DNA of 42,641 nucleotides from Hausera hauseri (Eukaryota): NCBI GenBank assembly GCA_046269625.1, contig JBJURY010444355.1, positions 1 to 42,641 of the forward strand, read 5' to 3'. Shown piece by piece: positions 1 to 12,500 of this stretch (position 1 is its first letter; each line of letters starts with the position of its first letter). The notes under the pieces were generated by a model. It saw only the letters and a program-made list of their open reading frames with translations, ran no database searches and was not told where the DNA came from. The position numbers and the translations under genes were made by a program.

Positions 1-109
1 TCCATCCCAACTGGTAGGTGCCTCCCCAGATCTCTACCCCGTCCCCGAGATTGCTCCAGTTCGCCCAGTATTCCCCTATTCCGCCAGGTGTAAAATGTTT
101 GGTAGCCAT
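1..109 (-). CDS. 5' end of a gene truncated by the window edge; Trp/Gly-rich N-terminus, possibly a third giant exoprotein
   Basis: Not in the ORF track. ATG at 109 (minus) is preceded by AAAGGAGATTACG. The frame is open to the edge: MATKHFTPGGIGEYWANWSNLGDGVEIWGGTYQLGW. Co-oriented with the giants. Confidence 0.7.
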   Translation of the reverse strand, partial: MATKHFTPGGIGEYWANWSNLGDGVEIWGGTYQLGW

Positions 110-192
110 CGTAATCTCCTTTCCTGCTTATCTATCGTTCCTCTATCGTTTCTTAAAATGATTAATCTTGCCTATCTATCCTGATACCGTCG

Positions 193-555
193 CTAACCCG
201 AAGACTCCAATCTTTCCAGCCACGGCCAGCCGGACTTCCGGCAGCCTGCACTACGACTGCCCAGTTTCCTGCTTTTGAATAACACCACCACCCCTGCACT
301 CGCTACAGGAGCCGATGCAGCCTTGAACCATTCACGCCCGACATGAACTACCCTGGCAGGAGAGAAACTCTTGATGCCCTCTACCAGCAGATTTTCAACA
401 GGCCAGCTACTGGCCTCCCAGCCGGAAGTCCACTGACAAAAGAACGCCGCTTCCCCATCCCGACACTCACAGGGTTGACAAGCGATGCGCTTTTCTGCCC
501 GTTGACGGGCAAGAAGCTTGCGTTTCCAACTGCTGATTTTGATCACCTTTGCCAT
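193..555 (-). CDS. Hypothetical 120-aa basic, Cys/Trp-containing protein
   Basis: Starts 9 nt after the giant gene stop. AGGAG overlaps that TAG (TAGGAGCTAGATATG), a well-spaced RBS. No recognisable family. Confidence 0.4.
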   Translation of the reverse strand: MAKVIKISSWKRKLLARQRAEKRIACQPCECRDGEAAFFCQWTSGWEASSWPVENLLVEGIKSFSPARVVHVGREWFKAASAPVASAGVVVLFKSRKLGSRSAGCRKSGWPWLERLESSG

Positions 556-564
556 ATCTAGCTC

Positions 565-3500
565 CTAAGCCGCAATAATCCCTCTCAACTCATTGTTGAT
601 CATCAACGTTACGGCATCACTTGCCGTATGCGCCTCTGAATACAAACGCAATATCTCTTCACCATATAATTTCATCGATGTGTAACGTTCCCTGGTGTCG
701 TTATCTATCATCGTGCGTACCATCGTAATGTTCTTGTCCAGAATCGGTGCATTACGGCCTTCTGCATCCATGAAAGTCAGCGACAGCAAATCGCGCGTTG
801 CAACATTCTTGTTCAGATAAATCTTCTTTACCCCATTATTCAGCCCGGTGTAATACTCCACGTTGTACTGATTCAAATCGGCAGCCGAGGCATAAATCAC
901 GTCGTTGCCCATACCGGTGGAGAACTCCACACTGCCTACCCCGCTGACACCGGAGTGATCCTGTCCGGTTTTACCTGCTGCATCAAAAATGGCGCTGCCC
1001 TGCTTGCTGGCCATAAAGGCTTTTATTTCTTTACCCGTGACACCCACACCGGTCAACTTTACCGTACCATCGCCTTCACCCAGCACCACATACCCTTGCA
1101 GATCGGTGCTGTTGACGGTGTATTTGCCCGTGCCGGACAGAATGGCCGTCGTTCCCAACGACTGCAGGATATTGACGTTGCCCGCACCACTGACCGCAAA
1201 ACTGCCCACTGCCTTGCTGGTATTGTTTATCGTTACATTGACACTTTCTGCCTTGATTTGCAGCGTATTGCTATCCCCACTGAACAGAGTGGCATTCACG
1301 CTGCTGGTGCTCGACATTTGCGTAGAAGTCGCACTCCCGCCGTTAATACTGACGGTTGAAACATCCGAGGCCACAATCGTGGTGCTGCTATTGCTGCCCC
1401 CTTGACCGGTAAAATCTACTTTAGTACCCTGAATCTGCACCGTGCCACCCGTCAGGTTCTTGTTGCCCATGTGGAGGGCACCGGTCGAAACCGCCAGAAA
1501 GTTGACGTCACTGACATTATTCAACTGGCCCGTAATGGTACCTGCCGTTACCTGAACGGTGGACTTGGCTGAATCAGACAACGTGACATTTGCAGTGCCG
1601 GCATCTACCTGCAGGATAAACGCCGTAGTGGCCACAGTAGGCGTAGTAGGCGTAGTAGGCGTAGTAGGCGTAGTGGGCGTAGTGGGCGTAGTGGGCGCTT
1701 TGCCCGTTATCACCCCCATATTCCCTGCATCTACCGTGACGGCATCACCAATCAGTACGGCTTTGGCTCCATCTGAATTGCTGAAGTGTGCACGCATCGT
1801 GCCCCCCACCTCAAATAAATCAAACTGGTTGGAGGTGTTGATCTCCGTACTGCTGGTCTGACCCTTGGTTGCAGCTTTCAGGTCTTGCGAGCCATAGGCA
1901 GCACTACGGACGACCACCCCGCTAGAGCCAGAAACTGTCAGGTCGTTAATTACCGCCCCGGTAATGTTGATCTTGGTATTCTCCGAATTATTTACCAACA
2001 CCTTGCCGGTTTTGCCAAAGAGCTGTAACTCCGCTTTGGCCGAATCAGTTACCTGTGCGGTTGATACCCCCTCCATGCCCGAGAGCACCCCACCCCCGAT
2101 CATTTTTACCTTGGTGTCGGCACGCGACGTCAACGACAGATCGAGCGTCTTGGTATTGGTAGAACCACTGATCTCATAATTGCTGACACCGTCGTCGGTT
2201 GAATACATGTTCTTCTTTGTATCACCCTGCACCGTCAACACCTCATTGCCGATCAGTACACTGGTTGCGGCGCTATCCCGGTAAATCGCCACGGTATCCT
2301 TGCCACCGCCACTCTTCAGCACGCCGTAACTGTGCAGCGCATTGCCCCGGAGCACAAAACGGTCGTTCCCCACATTACCTTCCATGGCACCGCCGCCCTC
2401 CAGTGTGGCACCCCCCTTGTTGCTGCTAATCAGCCTCACCCGTCCTGTATCGGTCATGGTACCCGTCACGAGCAGGTTGCTGCTGGCGGATGTAATCTCG
2501 TACTCTGCGGTTATCGGTGCACTAAACCCAAAGACCAGCTGACTGAAGTTGGTATATTTCTGAGTCAGGGTATGGTCATCAAAGCGATAGAAATTATCTT
2601 TCAGCGTAAACTGACCCAAACTTGCCTGATCGATGGTCAAAGACAAGGTGTTGTTGCCTGCTCCCCCATCAATCTTCCCGGTTGCTTTCTTGATCTCAAC
2701 ACCCTGACGCTTGATGTCCTTTTCCACGATAAACTTCATTGCCCAGTCCAGCGAGGCCGACACCACATCATCGGCATCTCCCAGTTGTATGGTGCCCCGG
2801 TTGGTCGTCGCATCAAACATCATATCCCAGCCTACCTGGGTTCCTGCATCAGACTTGATGTGAAAATTATGCACATATAAATCAATCATCATCACACGGA
2901 ATTTCTTCATGTCCACATTCAGCGGATCGAGCATGTTCAGAAAACGCACAAACTCTGCAACATCAAAGCGATCTCCATCCCGGAACGCCTGGTGGAAGGC
3001 CTGTGTTGGCATACTCGAAAAGTCGGTGCGTGCCTTCAATGTTGGCTTCACGTAAGGCCCAAGATAGGACACCACATTCCAGCTGCTATTCTCTGGCACA
3101 AACCTGGTGCCATCGGGTAAAACGGCCGGGTTGCGAACAGACGACATCATCAGAATGCCGCCATTGTCAAAATAGTTACCTAACTGGGTTGCCACATTCT
3201 GCATTCCGCTATCCAGGCTGTCCTTGTTGCTGACAAAGCCGCGCTTGTCGTAGGTTACCTTGGCGTGATACACCCCATAAATCATCTGTTCGCCCGCGTA
3301 GGTCTTGAAGAAATTGAACGCGGTGCCCGCTCCCGCAGCACTGTCTGCATAATCCATGCTGTCATGGATACGGCCGCGTATCGTATTCGATGCGGTGATC
3401 GCCCAGGCCTGCGAGAACATTGATATGCCGGGTGTCGCCGAGAGTATCAGTTGTTCGTAGCTCGCATGATCCATAATCGCGATTGATTTAAAGGGCAGGG

Positions 3501-6500
3501 CACCCAGACTCTTGCCCTGTGTGGTTGCATCGCTGATCACCCCATCGGTCAGGGTGCCGATGACCTTATTCACCACATCAATTTCTTCTTTCATCTTGCC
3601 TGCTTTAATCGCCGAGTTAATATCCGGCAGCAGCAAGGCGGCAAAAGCCGCAGGCCCGCAGGCAAACATTGCCACCAGGGTCAATGCTGTCGTCACAACC
3701 CCGGTGATGATAGCGCCGGTGAGTTCTTCAAACCGAGCCTCCTGATAGGTGACTGCTGCATGGATAATCATCGCCAACGAAATCGCCGCCGTGACACCTA
3801 CCGCAAAGTAACCCAATACAGACGCAATCTTGACCGCATGAGTGGCCTGCATGGCATAGACCCCGGCTACCCTGAGCGTCTCGGCTGCGCTATTCATCGC
3901 AATCGCCGCTGATTCAAAGAACAGCATGGAAGAAGACAGGGATGACGTGGCAACGCTAACACCGAGAGAAGCCAGAACCCCGGGATCCCGCATCTCTACC
4001 GGCGTTTTCTCCACATATTCCTGCAACGCCTTCACCGCCCCATACATCTGATAGACACCCACCGCGCCAAAGAACAGCATCATGGCAACCCCGATACCCA
4101 CCCCATCCCGGGCAACCTTCTGGCGCTCCTTGAAATAATCACTGACCTTGCTATCGGTGGTATCGGTTTTGTTCACAATATTTTCGGCCAGCATTTTGTT
4201 AATCCGGGCCATTTCTGCTTCGGTTGTCAACAGGCTGCGCGCCTGATCCACCGGGAAGAACCGGGCGTTGGTATTGGTCTCGCTGATGAGTATCTCCATG
4301 TTTCGCAATACGTTCTTTTCCTTGAAATCTTTCACGTTCTGCTTGGTCGCCTGAACATCCTCCTTCACCTTCACCTCTGTGTCACCGGTAGATATTCTTT
4401 TGGCGATATCCGAGTCCGTCAGTTTGGTAACGACCTGATCCAGAGACAGCTCACCGCTACTAGCCGTACTTGCAACCGAATTAGGCCTATCGACGACAGG
4501 CACTGTGGCATCACCGGACGTTCCGGGTGCCGGTGTGGCTTTGTCAGGTTTGGCCAGCATGCGAATCATGTCGTCCATGGTTGGAGGAGCAACCCCTTCA
4601 TTCGCTGGATTCGTTGCAGGCTTGGTATTCCGCGGCTGAGTTTCGTCATCGGCTGGCAGGGTAACGCCTGTATCCTTGGTATCGTTATGGTGCAGCTTGT
4701 CGGTAATGCTCTGGATGTTATCGCGGATCTCTTGCAACACCTTGGATGAGCTCATCGCGGCATTCTTCTCGACCATTCCCTTTGCTTTGGTCAATTCATC
4801 CGCTATCTTCAACAGGCGCGACTGTGGCAGTTCCAGATTCTGGTCTTTTGCCTGCTGCAATATCTCCCTGATCGCATCCTTGTTGTCTTGCAAGCCTTCC
4901 TGGGTTTTGACAGTGGTGTCGGCAGCCTTTTCAATCAGGGCAATTTCGACCTTGGTCAACCGGGACAGAAATTCACGCAGGTGACCTGCCTCAGTTCGCA
5001 TATGCAGCGTTTCCACCAGATTGGCGGCTTCCCGCTCACTGATCGCCGCCGCAGTCTTGTTCAGCGTGTCGTTGATCTCCCGGATACGGGCTTCCGGTAT
5101 ATTCACCTGGTCATTGGCCGCTTTTTGCAATATGTCACGCAACAGGTTTTTGCTTTCCTGCAACACATCCACGGTTTTGATTTCCGGGTCGGCAGCCTTT
5201 TTTGCCAAATCGGCTTTTACGACATCCAGTTGATCCAGATATTTTTGCTGCAATTTCTCCAGGGACAGATCAAGCTGGCTCTGCGCATCGTCCGGTAATG
5301 CTTTCTGCTTATCCTGTGGTGTGGCCTGGGTCAAATCACCCGGTGAGGAAGTTCTTTCTTTCAGCACTTTAACCATGTTGTCACTGATCGCCTTCATCTC
5401 AGCATCCAGTGCTGCATCACCAATGCCGTAAGACTTGATTTGCCCCCGCATATCGTAGGCCTCGGCCAACAGCTTGCGTGCCATGGCATTGATCTCTGCA
5501 TGGGTGGCATTGGCCGGGTCTTTTACCAGTTGTAAATCCGGGTCGGACTGACTGTTCTTGATCTTGCCATACAGTTTTTTCAAATTGGCCACTTCTTCCG
5601 GGGTCAACTCGGCACCCGACAACGCTTTACGAATTATGGCCAAATCGTTCATCTTGATCAGGAACCGTTCCACAGCTCCGGCAGCATCTTCCTTCAGCGT
5701 TTTCCCATCCAGCAAGGTTCTCACTTTTTGCAGACCCGGCAGGTTGCTCAGCGACGCATCCAGATCAACCAGGCTTAGCTTGACGAAAACATAGGCATCG
5801 GGGCGATCCATATAATTCGACAACCCCATCTTGTACATGATCCATTGCAGGGCATCGGCACTGGCAGGAAGATCCGGCGCAAAGTAATGCAAATAGAGTT
5901 CTGGAACCTTATGGGCAAACAGCCATTGCGAGACCCATTTGGTAATGCTGTCCTTCGTTTGGGCATCAAATTGCTCCAACGCATGAATACTGGTCTTGAT
6001 ATTGCCGAGCAATTCGGCCAGCGCCATCCAGGCGATGATGCCCTCCCCTGTCGATATGACGTTGAGCGCACCGCCATCGGCAATCTTCATCAACGCCTGC
6101 ACCGCACTCATGCTCTGGATTGCCTTCACCGAGGCCATCAGTGTGGTGGCGAGTTTGGCACCAAACTCACCGTAAGGGCTACCGGAGGCCAACATGAAGT
6201 TGTTGAGCGCCAGCGCAAAATCAAAAGTCTTGCCAAAATTGGTGGCCGCAAAACTCAGGTAACGCTCTATTGTTGGCCGCACATCAACACTCATCTTGAG
6301 GTAGCTGGAATAGGCCGCAGAGTCATTGCCCGAAACATTGCCGATATAGACCGGCACCGAGACCGAAGCCAGAGCATCATTCAGCGCCGACGTGCTGGAG
6401 ATAATCTTTCTGTTATAGATGCCATTGTTTTGATAGGCCTTGAATATCGCATTCAACTGGGTGGTAATGGGCGACAAGGGCAAGACCCTGGCATTCAGCT

Positions 6501-9500
6501 CTTCCAGGGGGTTATTGACCAGGATGGGAGTGTTGCCCATTAAATCCGTCGGCGTTCTGCCCACACCCTCATCCATCGGCATGTGCACAGCCAGACCAGC
6601 GTCCGTTTTCGAGATGCTGCGCGCCCGCGAGACCAGATTGTTGACAACCAGATCGGTTGCCGGATCAAGCGACTTGTTCCACACCGAAAAATACCCGACC
6701 AAGCCTTGCAGCGAATAATTCGTCCCGTTATCGGCCACGCTGCCCAGCATCACTTTCCAGTTGCCGGTACCAGCAGGCAAAGTGAAGTCATCTACCGACA
6801 GCAAAGACTGACCTTTGACATACACGGCAATTTTGGTACCCGAACGAATCAGCGCAATGTGGGTAAAGCCGCTTGTGCCCAAAGCCACGCTTTTAGTCTG
6901 GCTGGCACCATTGATGCCATAGGCAAGATTGAGGTTTCCCCCGCTCACAAAAAGTGATACGCGGCCACCACTGACAGAATCTGTCAAATCAAACAACCCC
7001 TGCTTGCTCGTGGTACTGGCATCAAAGCGGAACCAGGCTTCTGTCGAAAAGCTTTGCTCGTTGAGCTTTAGGTTATCCACCACCACAGCACGCCCGGCAG
7101 ACTTGTCTCCCGGGTCATTCAGGCGCAGGTCTGTCCTGACATACGACTCGTAGGGCGTAGGGGTAAACGTTCTGGGCGGCGTTGGTGTTGACGTTGGCCT
7201 GGGTGTGGTGCTGGGGGTGGTGGGATATAGCGTTCTTTCAAGCGTCGTATGATAGCTCCAGAATTGCCGCGTTATGAATGGTATCGCCTCATATTGATCC
7301 TTGCTGATCAACGACCACTGGTCTTTGTGCCAACTCGCCAGAGTATCCAGGCTGATGTTCTTCCAGAACTCTGTCCCCAGTGCCTTTATCTGATCGCCAG
7401 ACAAACCCTGTGCCACCTTGCCGGAGGCCAGCACTGTTTTGGTTGCCTGTTGCACATTTGCTGCCAGGAGCTTGTTTTCAAAGACACTCAGATTGGACAG
7501 CTCATACGTGGTCATTGCCGCCATTTCCGTGGGGGTCATGGTCAACAGCTTATGTGCTGACTGCAAGGCCAGGCTGCCGGATACCAGATTGACCTTCACC
7601 GTATTCACCGTGAGGCTCCGTGCAGAACTCAACACCAGAGTATTGAGGTTGTTGGCCAGCCCTGGGGCACCATACACCGTAAAATGTACGATATCCGTTG
7701 ACTCTCCACTGACGCGGCGACCAACCTGTGTTTTTCCATTGATACTTAACTTGATCTCGCTTTGCAGTTCGGCCAGGCTCATCGCCCCGGATCCAGTCAG
7801 CTGTATCTGAACATCATATTTGACCCCTGGTGTTAGCGTGAGGCTCAGGGTTGCGGTATTGTCGGAACTGACAGCACGATTCAGGGTTTGCATATATACC
7901 GGGGTTACCATATCCAGAGCCGTACTCTTGGTTTGCAAGATGGTGTTCTGATACCCGGAATACCCCAGGTTGATAGTCTCGTCAATCGCCCTGGCCGTGC
8001 TGGATATAACCGAGGTATCGATCTTGCCGGTGGTGTCTGTCCCGCCAAGATAATAGTCCTGAATCTCAACCTGGGGCAGTTTCAACTGCTTCTTCAGCCG
8101 GGCGTCATCCCCATTCCAAATGCTGCTGACACCAAACCCCCCATTGGTGATGATCTGGTAGTCGCTGACATTACCCATCTTGAACTGGATAGAGCCATAT
8201 CCCCCCAATCCCAGAACTACGGTAGGCCCCTGCTGATAGGATTTTGAATCAATAAAGAACCACGAAGTGTCCGCCATGTCATCAGACATCGACAGAACCA
8301 CTTTCACGTAAAGCGAGGTGCTGCTTTGAAACTGCACACGCAGTTTAGGTAGCGAACCGCCGGTTTCCTCGGCCAACTGGCGCCTTAACACGGCATCAAA
8401 GCTGACCTTGATCACATCATAGCTGTCTAGCCCCTCCAAGGTGGCTCCTCGCGTGGAACCTACCGTGACCAGATAATTGTTGCTCCGGTTTTGCACCACC
8501 TGGCCCGAAATCCGCTTGCTCTCCTTGATATACTCAGCTGCAGAAGTGTTGAGCGCAAACACATTGCCACCGGTGGTCACCGAGATATTGGCAGCCCCGC
8601 CTGTGGTGGTACTGTCTTGCAGGCTGCTGTAACGGTTGGTGCCAGAAATCAGGGAATCCCACAGCGCGCCACTGGATGCATACAGAAAGTTGTTGGCATT
8701 CACGGTAATGCTGGTTTTGGCACTTTTGTTCGCAGTGATAAAACTTGAACCGTTGGAAACAAAGCTCAGGCTGTTGTCCTGTAACCAGGCACCTTCAGCC
8801 AGATAAATATCAAACTGCTGGTTCGCCTTGGCATTGCTGACCATGTCTTTCAGACCGGTTATTGCATTGCCGTAAATCTGCGAAAACCCGTAACGACCAT
8901 CACCCTTGACAGCATCGATCTTCATGCCGCCAGAAATGTTGGAAATGTTCCGTATGGTCGTACTCCCGCCGCTCAGCCAGACATTGGCATTGCCAAAGGC
9001 TCCGTTGTTCGAAAGATTCACTTCCAGCACATTATGACCCCCCTGCACATCAATGTTCTGGTGTGCAATCGTCGATAAGGTCAACGTGTTGTTCCCGCCA
9101 GACAGCCAGGTGTCAGAGCCAGCCACCGTGTACAAGGTCGCACGATTGTTCCCGCCTGTCAGCTTCAGCGTCCCGGTATGCAGCGCGTACAAATCCAGCT
9201 TGTTCACATTGCTGTCATCGCCCGTTATGGTGGTATACACATGCAGCGCACGAACCCCCTTGAGTACATTGCTGGTGTTGCTGCTGGTGATGGTGGTATC
9301 CCCCGCACGATAGTCCTGGTTATCCAGTACCAGAGAGCCCCCGCTCTTGCCGATCACCGCACTCGTGCCCGTACCCAGGGTAATCGTATCATTACCCTCT
9401 GCCATATCCAGCTTGATATTCCAGGCATTGCTCTTGGCCACCGTTTCATTCAGGTTGCCCCGTGACGTGATACCCGCATGCATCGCCAGATTATTCATCT

Positions 9501-12500
9501 CATACGTAACCCGACGTGTATCGGCATCAATATTGGCGCTACGCAAGGCTTCAACTGACACGTTAGCAGGAGCTCCCGTACCTGGATTGGTGGAAATCGA
9601 TGCGTCATTCGCCGCCGGTGGAGTTCCCACTACATTGCTGGAGGTCATGCTGCTGCCCGTATTGTTGTTGACTGCATCACTGGAGGTCATGCTGCTGCCC
9701 GTATTGTTGTTGACTGCCTCAATGGTAGGGACAATCCCATCAGACCGCTCAATCCCACCAGACCGCTCAACATAAGCCTGATTACCCACATCCGTGGTCA
9801 CGCCCCCAATGGTAATCCTGGTGAACCCGGCACGCTCCGCCGTAGACAGCAAATGCAGCTTGCCCCGGGTTTTGGTCACCTGGGTGTCAATGCCCGTGGT
9901 CAAATGCACCACATCACTGCCACCACCCAGGTCCAGACTGGTCAGCGTGCCGCCTGCATCCACAAAAATCTCGTCGTTGCCCTCTCCCGCAATCTTGACC
10001 GTATTGCTCGTGGCAGCACCTACACGAACCGTAGTCTGACCTTTCGACCTTACATCCACATTCGTGGTCAACGTGGAACCCGACAAATCCAGTGACATGC
10101 TGTCAACCGAATCCGCCTTGAATGTCGTGTTATTCGCAGAAACAGTCACCTTCGCATTGCTCAGGTTGCCCGCATTGATCGTCGCATCACCCGTCAAATG
10201 AATATGCTCCGGATTTCCACCCACAACCAGCGACGGTCTCTCCGCCGTCGTCAGGTTCAGCGAACCGTTACCCTTGCTCACATTCAGGTTTTGACCCGTA
10301 CGAACATACAGGCTGTCGTTCCCGTTGCCCAGCGTGACATCGTTCTGGATACCCGAATACAGGTAAACCTTGTCGTTTGATGTACCCTGCAAACTCACCG
10401 TGTTGCCAGAAAGTGAACCCGCATGGACCGTGACATCACCCTGCGCGTCATTGATCTTCACCGCCGTACTGTTGCCAGACCCGCTAAAATCAATCGTGGC
10501 ATTATCTGCCCGCGCAGCCTCGAACGAACTGGTCAACCCCGCCGCCTTCACCGAGGCAGATGACAGATTGGTCGCATTGATCTTGACCTTACCCGTCAGG
10601 TAATTCTCCGCCGTCAGACCCAGCGTGCCCGTACCCTTGCTCACCGTCAGGTCTTGCCCGGTCTTTAACCATACCGTGTCGTTCCCGTTGCCCAGATTAA
10701 CCGTGTTGTACATCCCCGCATCAATATTCACGTCGTCATTCGAGGCACCCAACGTCACCGTGTTGCTGCCCGATGACCCCACCTTAACCTTCATGTCGCC
10801 CCTGGAATCATCTACCACCACCTTGGTGCTGACACCAGACCCCGTGAAATTGATCTGCCCATTGTCCGCACGCACCGCATGAAACGCCGTATTCAACGCC
10901 GACAACTTAATATCGGTCGAATCCAGTACCCCAGCCTCAATCGAGGCATTACCGGTCAAATACTGCTCATGCCCCACAACCAGCGCACCATCGCCCTTGT
11001 TCAACGTCAAGTCCTGACCCGTCTTGATCCACACATCATCCTTGCCATTACCCAGCGTCAGGCTGTTTTTCACCCCCGCATAAACCTTTACCGCATCATT
11101 CGATGACCCGAGCAGCTTCACCTCATTACGCACCGCCGACCCCACCCCAACAGTGGCATTTCCCCGCGTATCCTCTATCGTCACCGTCGTGCTCAACCCG
11201 GATCCTGCCAGATTCACCGAAGTGTTATCGCTGCGTCGCGCATACACCGACGCATGCGTCGCACTCATGTCCACATTCAGGTTCGACAACACACCCGCCG
11301 TCACCGCAAAATCTCCGGCCAGTACCGTCAAAGCCTCCAGCTTCCCGAGAGACAGCTTCCCGTCTCCCTTGTTCACCTTCATTGCACCACCGTTACGCAC
11401 GGCAACGCTGTCTTCCCCGTTCCCCAGATTCAGTTCCGTATAACGACCGCCCATCTCCACCCACACGCTGTCGTTCGACTCACCAGACAGCGTCACCTTG
11501 TTCGTGCCCGGTGAAGCTATATGTATACTCGACCGTTCCAGTACCTTCGTACCAATCTCCACAAACTCCGCACCATACAGGTTGACATCCAGATCACGGA
11601 CAGACCACGCCTCAAAATACACCGACCAGGCGCTAAACCCGCCCGTGTACACACGTCCCAGCTCCTTGCCTCCTATCCGGAAGGCTCCGCCCAGACCACT
11701 GCCCTGTGAAAACTCCAGACTGCCGTTGTCCTTGTATATCTCCGCAGCCAACCCGTTGTTGATCCACACATTGTCATCACCGCTCGCCAACTCCAGTTGC
11801 GTATGAGACCCTCCAGTCCACACCTTCACCGTGTCATTCGACCTCCCATACAACCGCACCCAGTTCCACTCGGCAGACCCCACCTGTACCGTCGCATTGC
11901 CATACGAATTGTCAATATGCACATCCGTCCATCTCAATGTCCCGGTAAAGTCAACATCAGTGCCCCCGCTACTGTGGGCATACAACTTGCTCGTCGCCGA
12001 ACTCGATTTGTTGATGTTGATCCACGGCGCATCCCACAAGGCAATGTTGGTATAACCCGCACGGTAAGCTCCCTGTGCAAGCTTAAATGTGCCATTACCA
12101 TTTCTAATATTCACATCGATCCCGTTGTTGAGCCATATGCTGGCATCCCCGTTGCCCAGATTCAGCTCCGTATAACGACCGCCCATATCCACCCACACGC
12201 TGTCGTTCGAAGTGCCGGACAACGTCACCTTGTTCCACCCAGGTGATGCTACGTGTATGCCCGTGTACTCATGTGCCGCCGTACCAATCTCCACAGAGTC
12301 CAGCCCGTACAGGTTCACATCCATGGAGCGCACCGACCACGCACCCAGCCAAACCCTGTATGCCCCAAAATACGGACTGTACACGTGACCCAGATTCTTC
12401 CCGGCAATGTTCACCGTGCCCGTCATGTAATGACCCTGGGAAAAAGCCAGACTGCCATTGTCCTTGTTGATATCAGCGTTTATGCCACCATTGATCCGGA

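Noticed and set aside
9638-9717. 38-bp direct repeat as a CRISPR array
   Set aside because: Only two copies 4 bp apart, in-frame within a CDS, and no cas genes.
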